Assembly: GCA_951406725.2 (NCBI GenBank)
Contig: OX597823.1
Span: 44,516,001-44,580,000, forward strand
Source of the DNA: Octopus vulgaris
Lineage: Eukaryota
Reading direction: 5' to 3'
Length of the DNA: 64,000 bases
Below, piece by piece: positions 39,745-57,944 of this stretch (the first letter of the stretch is position 1; every line of letters starts with the position of its first letter). The position numbers were made by a program, and so were the translations under genes. Under the pieces are notes generated by a model. That model did not search any database. It saw nothing but the letters and a program-made list of their open reading frames with translations, and was not told the DNA's origin.

Positions 39745-39820
39745 ATCGAGTGGTTATGGAAGTCCAGTTGAGTAAAATAGGAATCAGTGATCCACCGACA
39801 AAAAAGGCTGAGAACCACTG
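39745..39820. mobile_element. hAT (Charlie-like) terminal fragment
   Basis: aaaaaggctgagaaccactg resembles the reverse complement of the CAGTGGTTCTCAACC hAT TIR. Confidence 0.45.
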
Positions 39821-41119
39821 GTCTGTAAGATGGTTAAACTTCAGGTATGATTATAAAACTGAGTTGATTAAATTGTCTTACTGACTGTCGTACGTGATCA
39901 TTTTTGGTGGCAAAGTTTGTAATTCGAAAGGAAGTTTAAGAAATTATACACGGAAACTGATCTCAGTTCTGTCCGGCTGTCCTCAGTTTCAAGACACTCA
40001 TTAATATATTCTTGATGGAACTAATATATTTCCCCAAGAATAAATTCAACTGCTGTTTTATTTCCAACATTACCCCACCCCACCATTAAAACATCTTTGG
40101 TTCCTGGATTAATTTGAATATAAATCAGCTGGAAAATACTGCACTCTTCTCAATATTGGCAATCTGGCAGAAAATTTCATTTTCCTTATTCAGGAAGAAC
40201 CCATAATTAGATCTATGATATAATGATGGTTGCTGCTTCAATATATATACTAAACAATCGTGGGTAGACTTCTAAAGTATAACTAAGGTTTCAAATGGAT
40301 ATCTCTGTAGAGTTGAGTTCCTGAAAAAAAAATTATATATCTTCTGCAGCGATATAGCAGTGGAATGGAGAAATAGATATTTCCCCCATCGCTAAATGTC
40401 AGGAACAAATGTTTCATCGTCAACAGAAATTTATTGTCATCAACAATGTTGAAAGCATTCTCGCTGGCAACTTTGGAAAGTGCATCTACATTATTGGGAG
40501 CCATTTCATCTACTGTGTCGGAAGAAGGGACTTCAGATTCACTTAAAACTTCTTTGCCAATTTGAGACGGGTTAAAAAAATCCCAATCTATTCTGTTGTA
40601 CATCATATACATTGTCACGAGGTTAGTATTTGGGTGTTTCGCTAAAAGCTATTATGGTAGCTGCTGAGTTAGTGAATGAAAATATGTTTTTCAGGCATCT
40701 TGAAGAAGTAACCAACAACATTTACAGCAATTAACATATTTTATTACTGCACATGTTTTCTTTCTTGGTCTTCTACAAATACTAACAGCAATAACTACAT
40801 ACCAGAAGAAACATACTGCTTGGGATTATTTATGAAGTTAACTGATATAGCAATCTGTGGCAGGCCTATCAACAGTGGAGATTATCTCTCAGCCGTCAGA
40901 AATGTAATGAAACAGTAGCTGGTCCGTTAGAAACCTGTAACCAACTTAATGAAAAGGTGGTTGAAAGTTGCGAAAATGGCAAGAGTGGATGGTACCACTC
41001 TCAGTGTAGACCTGTGAGTCGGAGGAAAAGGTATTTGTCCGTGGTATTCAGGGCGATGTTGGATGATGGGGTTTCTCGATCATCCCTAGAGGTCTTCCTG
41101 TAGCAGGAGGACACCAATC

Positions 41120-41154
<35 letters not shown>

Positions 41155-41170
41155 AATAATAATAATAATT

Positions 41171-41718
41171 ACCCTGATGCAGAACCAGGCATTGGCTTTC
41201 ATGGCTTCTGATCTTAACTGATTGGAAGTGTTATCGTGTATATGTTTTGTCTTGCTATAAAAGATGGGCCACAGCAAAAACTCTGCTCAGTACCACAGAT
41301 CTGCATGTCAGTTGTTTAACTTTAATCAGTTGAGCGTATCCTTTGGTGGCTGACGATATGTGCATCTCTGATCGTGAGCAGAAGTAGTGGGCGAGGATCA
41401 TAGCCATGTGTTGAGTGGAATTCTTTTGGGATTTGAATAATACACCTTTAGAAACATTGGTGTTTCATTCAACATCCTTAAACAACCCTTATTCAGGGAC
41501 CTTTTGAGCGGGATGGGTTACTCGTCCTGAAGAAAATTCTAACTGGGCCCCCACCTGCAAGGTTATGCGCTGTTTATCATGATATGAGATCACTCACTAT
41601 ACCATGCACATATATTTGTGATGCATGTCCCTGGTGTATCCTTATCAGAATGGGTATATTGGACTTCATATATTTGTACGCCAGTGTTATTTTGATGGCA
41701 TGTACTGCTCTCTCACTC
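41171..41718 (+). mobile_element. Unclassified ~550-bp non-coding element embedded in trinucleotide repeats
   Basis: Fixed ends ccctgatgcag... and ...ctctctcactc; other copies at 9090, 47866 and 47989. Confidence 0.85.
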
Positions 41719-41723
41719 TATGA

Positions 41724-41812
<89 letters not shown>

Positions 41813-41814
<2 letters not shown>

Positions 41815-43440
41815 CTTCCAAGGGAACTGTGTGTCCCCACTGATTTTTGTACTGTATTTGATAGCACTAACACTGATTCTCAGGAAAGCAAAAGCTGGCT
41901 ATGTATTCAAAAGCCACCGACAAAAAGTCGACCATTTATTATTCATGGATGACCTCAAACTTTATGGTAAAGATGAAACCCAAGTCAGTTCCCTCGTTGA
42001 TACGGTGTTTACCTTCAGTGCTGATATCAGAATGAAGTTCGGACTGAGAAAGTGTGATATGTTAGTCTTGAAGAGAGGCAAACTCAAATGTACGGACGGG
42101 TTAAAGATACTGTCGGGGGAGGTTATGAAGCAGATAGAAGAGTACTTGGAGGTTTTGGAAATGGATAAATTGATGGAGAAAGAAATGACAAAAAATTAAG
42201 GTGGAGTACTTGCAGAGACTGAGACTGATCCTTAAGTCGAAATTAAATGGACGGAATAAGATCGAAGCTATCAACGCCTGGGCGGTTTCACTCCTTAGAT
42301 ATGGAACAGGGGTAATCGCAAGGACAGTAGACGAACTAAACAGCTTAGACAGAAAGACGAGGAAGCTGCTAACTAGATATGTGTCACTCCACCCCAAAAG
42401 TAACACAGACTGTATGTACCAAGAAAAAGAGGGGGAAGAGGACTTATTGGATGCGAACACAGCATTAGAGCAGAAGAAAACAACATAGCATGGTATGTAA
42501 AAATGCCACAGAACCGCTATTATTAGAAGTAAGAATGTCATGCTTGTGTAGGATGAAAGATTGCAAAGATAAAGCACTATACAAGAAATTGAAAATGAAT
42601 GAAACTGAAAATAGGTGGGTAAAGAAAAGAATGCATGGTCAATTTCATAGGGATGTTGAAGATAAGACAGAGCGAAAAGATGCCTAAGGATGACTAAAAG
42701 TGATTTAAAATCGGAACGGAGGCTCTAAGCTGTGCTGCCCAAGAACTAGCACTAAGAACAAACTACATAAAATGCAGAAAAGACAACACAACAGAAAGTG
42801 ATAAGTGCAGAATTTGTGGACAAACTGGTGAAACCGTATGGTGTATTACCAACCAATGTAAGCCACTAGCCCAGAAGGAGACGCCACGACAATATAGCAA
42901 GGCTTGTCCATTGGACACTTTGCAACAAGTATGGACTTGACAGAACAAAATTGGTACGACTACAAACCTGAAGTTATCGTCGATAATGGAAATGAAAAGA
43001 TCCTGAGGGGATTTTATGATTCAGTGTGACCACGAGATAGAGAATAGGAAGCCGAACATAGTCTTAATTGAAAAAAAAGAAAACAAACTATGCTGGATCA
43101 TAGATATAGCATGCCAAGCTGAAAACAAGGTATGCGATAAGGAAGAAAGGAAAGTCGAGATATATGACAGGTTATCTTGGGAAGTTAAGCAGTTGTGGTC
43201 GATGAAAAAGATAGGTGTAGTACCAATAATTGTCAGAGCCCTGGGAACAGCAAAAATCTCGAGAAGTACGTGTAACAAATAGGGGCTGCAATAAGGTGGA
43301 GCACCTGCAGAAAATAGCACTGCTTGGAACCGCTCGAATACACCGGAAGGTGCTCGAAAAATAAGAGGTGCTACCTTAGTTCACGGGTAGTGAACAGCTG
43401 ACAATGTAATACATCTCCAGCGTTAGAAGCTGTGCAAAGG
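41813..43440 (+). mobile_element. 5'-truncated R4/Dong-type LINE inserted in (TAA)n
   Basis: IFQGNCVSPL, HLLFMDDLKL, CRICG, KPNIV...IIDIAC; (TAA)n on both flanks. Confidence 0.93.
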
Positions 43441-43499
43441 TAATAATAACAACAACAACAACAATAACAATAATAGGTGGTATATAAAAGATGCCGTAG

Positions 43500-43830
43500 A
43501 GCCACTGTTGAAACACACAAAGAAGGCCGACGTCATCCCCTTTGCTGCCCTTCACGTCCAGGACTACCACCCCACCATCCGGATCCAGGAACATAGCCCG
43601 TACTTGAAGGTCTAAGGATTTCCGGAGTAGCACTACTATACTGCCACCTGCTCCCGATAGACCACAAGATGAGAATATCTTGTAGTCCTCGAAAAAGGAT
43701 CTAGAGCGTGTTTTCCGGAGATCCTTGTTTCACTATGGCATCTACATCTAAATCAAGCGACCTGAGATCATTGAGCAAGTGGCCTCAATTCCAAGCTGGT
43801 CTCAGACCACGCACATTTACACATCCCGTT
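43500..43830 (-). mobile_element. Tx1/L1-type APE endonuclease N-terminal relic
   Basis: NVRGL...SETR...VLLRKSLDLQVRAMFLDPDGGVVVLDV. Confidence 0.75.
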
Positions 43831-44449
43831 CTCAGCAGTCACGCTAGTTGGAGAAAGAAAAAGAGGAGGTTACTCACCTTCATTTTCGAGAAGCCCAAAA
43901 GTTCGGGCCTCTGTACTAGCGAAAATTTTTTAAAAGGCCCTTCCAACAAACTTTAATCAACTGATTTTTTTAAATCCCCACACATTTTTCTCTTATAGTT
44001 TTATAAATGTCTAACGACGTTTTAATCAAAAGTCTGTCCTTTGGGATTTTGAGAATGAAATCCTCAAATTTTTGTTCCGTCTGTCTCTATTTTGTTTTTG
44101 TTTTGACTTACAAAATCCATCAATTCACTGTTGCACTTTTTCACAGCAGTGAAATTGATGGATACATTTCATCTACAGTCTGATAAATATTCTTGTAGTT
44201 GAAGTTCCGTAATTTGTTTTTGTGCTTCTGTGATATGCTGTTGTTGATGACGTCGCTGTTTTGAAGTTGTTCTTGTTCTTGTTGCTTTTGTTGGAGTGGT
44301 TGTGAATTTTGTTGCAATTGTGGTTTCTGTGTATCTTTTTGTTGAGTCTTTGGAGTAGGGCTGTGTACTCTCCTCTTTCACCTACCCCCTTTTGTCACAG
44401 TGATCCATTGTTCCTTCAGCTCTTACTAAGCCCAAATTAGGACACAAAT

Positions 44450-48533
<4,084 letters not shown>

Positions 48534-48556
48534 AACAACAACAACAACAACAATGA

Positions 48557-48765
48557 TAATCCTTTCTACTAAAGGCACAAGGACTGAAATTTTGGGGGAA
48601 GGGATTAGTCGATTACATCGACCCCAGAATTTCACTGGTAATTAATTTATCGGCCCCGAAAGGATGAAACGCAAAACCCGGCGGAATTTGAACTCAGAAC
48701 GGAAAGACGGACGAAATACTGCTCAGTATTTTGTCTGGCGTGCTAACGAGTCTACAGGATCAATG
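48557..48765 (-). mobile_element. Meta-like SINE family B
   Basis: Shared core and alternative tail. Confidence 0.85.
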
Positions 48766-48766
48766 C

Positions 48767-48840
<74 letters not shown>

Positions 48841-49302
48841 CACAAAAAGTAATAGAAATAAACGGAATTGAGACACTTTATGGATCAGTAAACAACCCGA
48901 AAAACATTTCCTAGAGATTTCATTTAAATTCCATTGAAAGACATCAGGGAGGTTTTTCATTGGAATTTCAAACATTCTATTTTATATGTTAGCTGTAAAT
49001 TCTTATTTTTATCCTCGAGGTAGTAATTTTCTTATATACAAACAAGTAATCCCAAGATGTTTCGTGAATGAAGAAAATGAGAATTTGTGACATTCACGCT
49101 TTATTTGTAATTGCTCTAAAGAGGAATGCATTATGCATATGCGCTGCGCATGTGTGAATACATATGTATGTTCTAGTTTATTTTTCCAATTTTTCACCAA
49201 TTGAGAAAGAGCCGGCTTCTAACACAGAAACACAACTCTGTCATTGGAATTTAGATATTATCAATGGGGTATATATGCATTAAATACGCGAGCCCGTATG
49301 TA

Positions 49303-49361
<59 letters not shown>

Positions 49362-49441
49362 GTATATGTATATGTATGCATGATGTATGTATGTATGTAT
49401 GAATGTATGTATGAATGTATGTATGTATGTATGTATACACG

Positions 49442-50230
49442 CAGACATGACAGAAGTAAATAGATACCCTTACAATCATTAAAATTTATTTAAATCTGAA
49501 ATTATACATTCAAATTATTTATTAATTGTTATAATGTGAACATCTAATATTTAGTAGACATGCCCGTTGCATTTTTCAATTCAAGGACCCTATCAGGCAT
49601 GGTCGGATGACGAATATTCTCTTGTGGAATTTCTTGCCAAGTTTCATGCAGTAATCTCAAAAGATCTAGCTTTGATGATGCATTCTTGTTCTTTTTATGA
49701 AGTGTCCTGTTCATTATGTCCCAGAGGTGTTCAATAGAGTTCTTATCTGGTCACTGGCTTGGCCTTTTAATGCCTTTCTCATCCAACAAATCTTGAGTCA
49801 TTCTAGCCGTATGACAGGGAGTCCCATCTTCTATAAATAGTCTTCTTTAATAATTTCACTACTGGAGAAGATTGGAAGGAGTCCTTTCTGCAATATGGAC
49901 ACGTATTTATTTGAGTTTGTGTTTTTCTCACACTCCACCAGCTATGATCAACAATTACTCCACATTGCTCCTCAGACCACCTGCCTTGTTTCATTGTTGG
50001 CTGCAATCTTTTCACATCAAATTCTTAATCACAGTCTCTAGACCCACACTCGACCACTTTCAGGAAATACAGCAACTGTGAACTCATCAGAGAATATGAC
50101 AGTCTCCCAAAATGCTTGTGGCCTCTCCACCATCTCACTGGCTCAATCTCTTCTATACTTGTTATTGGCTAGTCGAAAAAGTGGCTTCCTTTTTGCCGCT
50201 CTGCTACAGTAGCCAGGTTTGTGGAGATAA
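49442..50230 (-). mobile_element. Tc1 (DD34E) transposon relic, copy 1
   Basis: Same terminus CAGACATGACAGAAG and body as 56923-57925; SPDKNSIEHLW. Confidence 0.85.
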
Positions 50231-50236
50231 TGTATG

Positions 50237-51597
50237 TCATTATTCAGTTTATTTCAAGATTTCTTGCTAATAGAGAAAGAACCAGTTTCTAACCTAGATC
50301 CAAGGCTCCTTCATTGGAATTTCAACATCAACAACAGGGTATTTTTTGTATGTATGTATGTATGTATGTATGTATGTATGTATGTATGTATGTATGTATG
50401 TATGTATGTATGTATGTATGCATGTATGTGCAGATTGGTATGTTTTTATGTGTATATTCTCATGCATATAGTTGAATGTCTAGACATGCTCATATATATT
50501 TAAATGATAAACTTTGGAAAGTTTTACAGATTTTTACTCTTTCAGTGGTGAGTTTGATCTGTGGCCTTCGAATTAGCTTTCCCCTTTCTGGTTTGTTTTG
50601 AGAAGCCTAATTTCTCAAGATTCGTATTTAGGCAGGACTCCAATAATTACAGGTATAAACCTGATCTTGTAATCTGGATAGAGTAACTGCAGATTTCTGA
50701 ATAGTTCAGCATAGGTGTTCTTTTTTTCACTGATCTTCAGCTTTATGTTAACATCCGCTGAGCAGCTGATTTTCACAACTGTGCACGGTCTCTCGTCTCT
50801 ATCCCAAACCATTATATCAGGTCTATTGTGCATACATTTTATTGATGTCTTTACTGGTACATTCCACCAGAATTCCTTTTTATTATGAGTGACTATGGCT
50901 TCTACCATAATGTGGGTTCTTATTTCCTTGTCCTCGGGATTATCTTTCCGACGATTATCTTTCGGATTATCTTTCATTATAGAGTGTCCTAGCTACAACA
51001 TCATGTCTCATCGGTAGATAATACTGTGATGACATTTTCGGACAGCTGTTATGATGTGGGTGATATCTTCAGTGCGAACTCCACAAAGTCTGCATCGGTT
51101 GTCACATTTTACGGCTTTTCCTGCATCTCTATCCCTTTTGTGCATCAGGTATTCGGTTGATATTTCCTGTTCCTGGATTGCGAACACATACCCTTCAAAG
51201 TGAGAGGTAGTAATCCGGCAACTGGTCCATGATAAACTACTTTGATGGTATGTATGTATGTATGTATGTATGTATGTATGTATGTATGTATGTATGTATG
51301 TATGTATGTATGTATGTATGTCATTATTCAGTTTATTTCAAGATTTCTTACCAATAGAGAAAGAACCAGTTTCTAACATAGATCCAAGGATATTTCCTGT
51401 TCCTGGATTGCAAACGCATACCCTTCAAAGTGGGAGGTATAATCCAGCTATTCGTCTATGATAAACTGCTTTGATGATTGATGTTACTATCATCACGGAG
51501 CTTTCTACTAACATATCCATGCATAGTCTTCTGCTGATATAGGCTCATCCTTTCATCTGATGATACGTTGTGGTAGAGTCATGCGACTTCTTTGGGC
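50237..51597 (-). mobile_element. Two head-to-tail RLE-LINE family B copies separated and flanked by (TATG)n
   Basis: CRLC...EDITHI..SC, RHD, FWWNVP...NRPDIMVWD...; near-identical 3' ends at 50237 and 51321. Confidence 0.88.
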
Positions 51598-51769
51598 ATG
51601 TATGTATGTATGTATGTATGTATGTATGTATGTATGTATGTATGTATGTATATATGTATGTATGTATATATGTTTGTATGTATACACGTATGCAAGCAAG
51701 CAATGGTAACAGCATAGCTGCAATATTTCAGTAGCTAGATTTTAGTGAATAGAATGTCCCAATAGTAAG

Positions 51770-51930
51770 ACAGATACAAAATGACCTGGATGTACCCAAG
51801 GTCGATGTAGCTGTAAATGATTGATTTTGTTCTTGTTCGTTGACGTGATGTTCATGATGTGAGTAGTGTCCGCGTTATGCGGGGAGATGAATGCTGGACT
51901 GATCATCGTCTTGTTTGTGCGAAACTATTA
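51770..51930 (+). mobile_element. RTE-type APE endonuclease C-terminal relic
   Basis: TWMYPRS...IDFVLVR...VMRGDECWTDHRLV. Confidence 0.8.
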
Positions 51931-52167
51931 CCGACGTAAGTTGAGGTGTGCCTGTATGTATATGTATGCATGTTTGCATGTATGTATTGTTTATATATGC
52001 ATATATGTTTGTATGTATAGATATAATATGGGTGGCTAATTCGCAATTTTACAACCTAAAGGCAGAAATATATACGTCACTAAAATGAGCTGACATTTTG
52101 TGGCTATTGAGATGTTTTGACTTTTATTTCTAGCAATACTGGTGCTGATTAGTGCCCTTGTTTACTT

Positions 52168-52235
<68 letters not shown>

Positions 52236-53597
52236 TGTGTGTGTGTGTGTGTGTATGTGTGTGTGTGCATGTATGCTCGTATATATGATTGAATAACTCC
52301 ACAGATGTTTCATGCCTCTATTGCTCATATAATACTTAATAGTACTACTATTAGTTAGTGCTAATATCCATCTGGAATGGCCTATTAGAATGTATTTACG
52401 AGTGCAAAAACCTCTTTATCACAGTTTTTCTTGAAAATTACTTTCAAACTATTTCCATTTTCCTTACCAGATATGTATCACTTACACCAAAATGACAACA
52501 ATATCAATGACAACAATAATTATATCTAATTATAAATAACACCATTAATAGTAATCTATATCATAACGAGAGCCCTGTTTCTCTGTCCGTCTGTCTGTGT
52601 GCCCGTCCAAATCAAGGTAATTTTCAAGAACTTTTTTTTATCTTCTAGTCAAGAGGGAAAGCAATGCACATAACACCACCAAGACCTACCTTGTGTACCA
52701 TGTGGTGGTGTTAAACTAGTTGATGAATTAAATCTTCCACCCAAGAACGGCGTGGCAGGATTTGAAGTCAGTGGGAACAAATGAGACGTAATAGATACTG
52801 TAAAGAATAAGATTGTTGTTCTTTCACTTCTGCCAATCCATCACCCTGAATTGATACTTTCTCTTTTATCGATCATGATAGAACTCAGATCGATCAGAAT
52901 CGGAACAACTACCTACATAGCATTGTGTCCAACGCTTTAACAATTCTGCTAATTCCCCATCTGTAGAACCGAAGCGAAAAAGAGACAAAAAATGGTTTTA
53001 TTCGATTTATTCATTGCATTTACATATGCAACGTAAAGAAAGATAAGACTTTTTAAATTTTTTCCTCGCACGCTACCATAAAAAGACTTGGGTTTAATTT
53101 TTTCCTCGCACGCCACCATAAAAATTTTTAAAAATAGCAATGATTATTTCACTCTTATATACAACAATCAAAGTGTAGACAAAGGAAGCTGAAAGAAGAA
53201 AGAAAAAGATAGTAAAAGTAACGACGACAGATTTACTAAAGCCTTCAGCTAACGGTTTTCTGAATACAGTTTCTTCTACAATTTGAAACTTCTTATTTCC
53301 GAGATGGCTAAACTGGTCTGTTGTTTATAAAGTAAATATGTAATTTCTCACTTAAATATTCATTGATACACAACAACTGTGAAATTTAAAAAAGAAAATT
53401 CCTTATCGTGAATGGAAATAATCCATCTACTAAATCCATTTTGTATATGTATAAGGAAGTTTTGGATCAGATATTTCAGTGAAATGCTGATACTGTAGAC
53501 AGAATTATTTAAAAAAAGATATGACATTCATCCTGCTACAAATATTACTAACACACACATACACATCCACACACACACACATCCACAGACACACAGA

Positions 53598-53662
<65 letters not shown>

Positions 53663-53908
53663 CCACACACATACACACACACACACACAAACACAGTCAC
53701 AAATGTGAATAGTAGTTACTCTGTTAGAAACAGTGATCAAGTTTCCTTGAAAACAACTAGAAAGATATATCACAATGATGAAAAGAGAACCTTCTCTTTG
53801 AACGTTGACAATGGAAAATGTAAATATTGTAAAATGTATATTCAGTGTCTTCAAAATATATGACTTTCTTTTAATAGACGTTTTCTGTGAAACACTATTT
53901 AATTCTGA

Positions 53909-55093
53909 CACAGGCCAACAAATTTTTTTTTTTCTGTTGTTAAAACTTTGGACTTGAACTGGGATTTTCTGACACACAAAATCCGAAAATGACATCTATT
54001 TATAACCATCACATCAACTTTTAAGATAATGAATCCATTGAATTTCATTGTTTTATTTTCAATAAAACAGCTTATGTGGAACAAGACATATCATAGAGAC
54101 ATACATAGAAATTGGTTTTTCTTCAAAACTAGAATGTTTTCTTTAAAATTCTACTGAAAAATAGTTAAAATCTTAAAATTTCTACAGATAAATCAATCAT
54201 ATCACTGTTCGTGCCTCATTTCTCATGAATTTATGTTTCAATGATTTACTTCAGTGTTTGAACCTCAGGAAAATCATGAACCAAGTTCCAGCAATAGTCC
54301 CCCATTATATGCAACACCCATCCGGCTTGATACTTTTGTTCTATTGATTTTATGTCCTGATGGAAACGTTCTTGATTGTTACTTGTGTGACCAAAATTTT
54401 CAGGGAATTTATCAAGGTGACTATGAAGATAGTGCAGCTTTATTCTCATATTTGCTCCTACATTTTGAAAGTTCTCTAACATGTCGACTATTTCGACATA
54501 GTTGGCTACTTTTTTGTTGCCCAGAAAGTCATTTACAACTATAACAAATTAATTCTATGTTGTTGCTTCATTGAATTTACAAAGTTCCCATCTTTCATCG
54601 ATTTTTAGATTTGAGGCCTATCAAATACTCCAACATTTATCTTTTCACTGTTTAGACCTGGAAATGTGCTGCAGATATAGTGAAAGCACGGTCTATCTTT
54701 ATCCAGAGCTTTAACAAACTGCTTTATATAATGCCAAGTTTGATATGGAGTGGAGGCAAGACGATTTTTCCCAGTTGAACTAAAGTCTCTTCAACCACAT
54801 CAAAAGCCCGTGGAACCAATGTTTGCTGCAGCCATTCTTTGATCATCCGATGTTTTCCCCTTGCTATGCTGTCCCACACGGACATTAAGTATATCAGCTT
54901 TGTTACTCCAAGAGAAAACTGACCAACATAAAGTTCACGCATATCATCCACTGATGATTGGGGCGTTTGGGTATCTTGAAATCTAGACGTAATGGTAAAA
55001 ATGGATTCTATTTTTGGATTCAGCTTATCAAAGGGAAAAATAAATTCAAATCAGGTAAAAACACCCAAGCAACAAAATACCTCTTGGGTTGTG
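53909..55093 (-). mobile_element. Chapaev3-like (CMC superfamily) DNA transposon, internally deleted
   Basis: LPPLHIKLG and LHYLHSHLDKFPENFG...ERFHQDI...DYCW motifs; CAC...GTG termini flanked by TGA/TTA; family name assigned from memory. Confidence 0.72.
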
Positions 55094-55320
55094 TTATATA
55101 TTTAGCCTTCACTGAAAAGGAACCCGTCCGTGCGTCCGTACGTTCGTGCGTCCATGCGTCCGTCTGTCCGTCCGTGCGTCACACGCTATCCTCAGATCAA
55201 AATTTTCAAACAGTATATTTAAGGAAACAAAATGAAAATACTGAATATACTCAACGCATTCATTGAATTCACATCTGCATCGCATATTTTAGGAAAGTAT
55301 GGAATCCAAGACGTCAAAAA

Positions 55321-56815
55321 TATATTGTATTATAAAATAAATTTTTAATAAATGCATCTATATAAAGTATTATATAAAATTTACATTAAATATGTATTTC
55401 TACGAATAATGAGATAACAGGAAAATTTTTCGCATATTTATTGTACCAAAAATTTCTTTATATGCATATAATATTTATTAATTATAGACATATAACAATA
55501 CTTCAAATTATAGAATAACATAATATGAAAATAATTAATATTCAGTTTGTTAAATTAGATGCTTGTAGAAAAATGCTTTTTTAGATACCCATTTGCTATT
55601 TCTGAAAAAAGAAAAAAGAAAGTGTCTCCACGCTACGTACATTCAGAACATGCAAAACGGCAAGAGTTTATTTAAAATTCATTATTATTCTATTCCTCAA
55701 AGCGGCGTGTAAGCAGAATCGTTAGCATGCCGGGCAAAATGCTTAGCAGTATTTCGTCTACCCTTACGTTCTGAGTTCAAATTCCGCCGAGGTCGACTAT
55801 GCCTTTCATCCTTTCGGGGTTGATAAATTAAGTACCAGTTACGCACTGGGGTCAATGTAATCGACTTAATCCCTTTGTCTGTCCTTGTTTGTCTCCTCTA
55901 TGTTTAGCCCCTTGTGGGAAATGAAGAAATAAGAATGGTTAGCATGTCGGATAAAATAGTTGCATTTCGTCCGTCTCTATGTTATGAGTTCAAATTCTAC
56001 CGAGATCGACTTTGCTTTCATCCTTTCGGGTTCGATAAAATAAGTACCAGTTGAACACTAAGGTTGATTTCATCTCACTAAATTTCAGGCCTTGTGCCTA
56101 TTGTAGAAAGGACCATTATTTTATTCCTCATATTGCATATGCAGTTAGTTTGAGCATATTTTATTGAACGAATAGCCAAATATGAATGGGCAACACAGAA
56201 TTTGTCAGAGAAGGAAAAGAAATATGATTGCAAGCAAAGGAGACAGAGACTGATCGGAACAGAAAGAGAAAACAAGTGACAAGCCAATACAGCTCAATGA
56301 CGACAAGCACAAGAAGACTTTCTCACGAGCAGAGAGAACACATTTTGGATAAAAAAAAAAAATCAGTAAGAGAAGTTTTACACTCCGTGGAATTCAGAGA
56401 TGGGGATTGGCATTAATTAATAGTACAACTATTAAGTATCATTTAAGAATTAAAAGAAATATGGAACGTCTGTGAAGTTATCCATCCATCCATCCATCCA
56501 TATATTGTATTATAAAATAAATTTTTAATAAATGCATCTATATAAAGTATTATATAAAATTTACATTAAATATGTATTTCTACGAATAATGAGATAACAG
56601 GAAAAGAAATTTTTCGCATATTTATTGTACCAAACATTTCTTTATGTGCATATAATATTTATTAATTATAGACATATAACAATACTTCAAATTATAGAAT
56701 AACATAATATGAAAATAATTAATATTCATTTTATAAATTAGATACTTGTAGAAAAAAAAAAAATATATAATTAATATTCATTTTATAAATTAGATGCTTG
56801 TAGAAAAAAAAAATA
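55321..56815 (+). repeat. ~255-bp AT-rich direct repeat pair (55321-55573 and 56501-56815)
   Basis: Near-identical sequence; the second copy has a short terminal tandem duplication. Confidence 0.9.
55700..56115 (+). mobile_element. Meta-like SINE family B dimer carrying both tail types
   Basis: Two cores; first tail ...gaagaaata, second ...ggccttgtgcctattgtagaaagg. Confidence 0.87.
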
Positions 56816-56922
56816 TATATGCAATACAATAAGTAGTCATCAATGAATACATACATACGTGCATGTGTGCATGTGTGCATGAATACATAATACATAGATA
56901 CATACATACACACATACATACG

Positions 56923-57925
56923 CAGACATGACAGAAGCAAATAGGCACCCTTATAATCGTTCAAATTTATTGAAATCTGAAATTATACATCCAGATTATT
57001 CATTAATTACAATAATATGAATATCTAATGTTTAGTAGACATGCCCTTTGAATTTTTCTATGCAAGGACCCTGTTATGTATGTTACTGATCAGATGAATA
57101 TTCTCTTGAGGAATTTCTTGCCAAGTTTCATGCAGTAATCTCAAAAGAGCTGGCTTTGAGGATGATTTCTTGTTCTATTTACAAAGTGTCCTGTCTATTA
57201 TGCCTCAGAGGCGTTCAATAGGGTTCTTATCTGGTGACAGGCTTGGCCATGGAAGCATTTTAATGCGATTCTCTTCCAACCAGTCTTGGATCTTTTTGGT
57301 CGTGTGACAAAGAGCCCCATCTTGCATAAATGGAGTGTCTTCTTTAATCATTTCACTACTTGAGAAGATTGAAAAGAGTCAGTTTTGCAATATGGACGTA
57401 TATTTACCTGAGTTTATGTTTCTCTCACACTCCACTCCAAATTGCTCTCCAGACCATCACAGAATAGCTGCCGTGTTTCATTGTTGGTTTGCAATCTTTT
57501 ACACGTCAAATTCTTGGTCACAGAAAATGCAGTAAATGTGGACTCATCAGAGAATTATGACAGTGTCCCAAAACGCTAGAGGTGTAGCCTCTCCACCATC
57601 TCACTGGCTCAATATTTTCTATACTTGTTATTGGCTGGTCGAAGAAGTGACTCCCTTCTTACTGCTCTGCTACAGTAGCCAAGTTTGTGGAGATACCTGG
57701 CAGCTGTTCTGGGACTGACATCAACTTGTTCTGCTATGTCAGAGGCCTTGCAACGAGGATTCTCTTCCACATTTATCTTAACAAAGCGAAGAGTCATGTC
57801 AGAGAGCCCTGGTCGACTTGGGCAAGATGATGTGAACTTCTTCCCTTCTCTGGTGAATTGCACAATCACTCTATTAACTGTAGAAAGCGGGATCCCAAGG
57901 TTTTCTGCGATTTTAAACTAAGTCC
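56923..57925 (-). mobile_element. Tc1 (DD34E) transposon relic, copy 2
   Basis: FMQDGALCHT...WPSLSPDKNPIE with 34 residues between D and E; FSDES; RPG-containing HTH region. Confidence 0.92.
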
Positions 57926-57944
57926 ACCTTCAGATTGACCCAGA

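Noticed and set aside
41345-41410. CTGACGA and CTGAAGA motifs within the 550-bp element as hammerheads
   Set aside because: No properly placed GAAA, stem III or NUH triplet.
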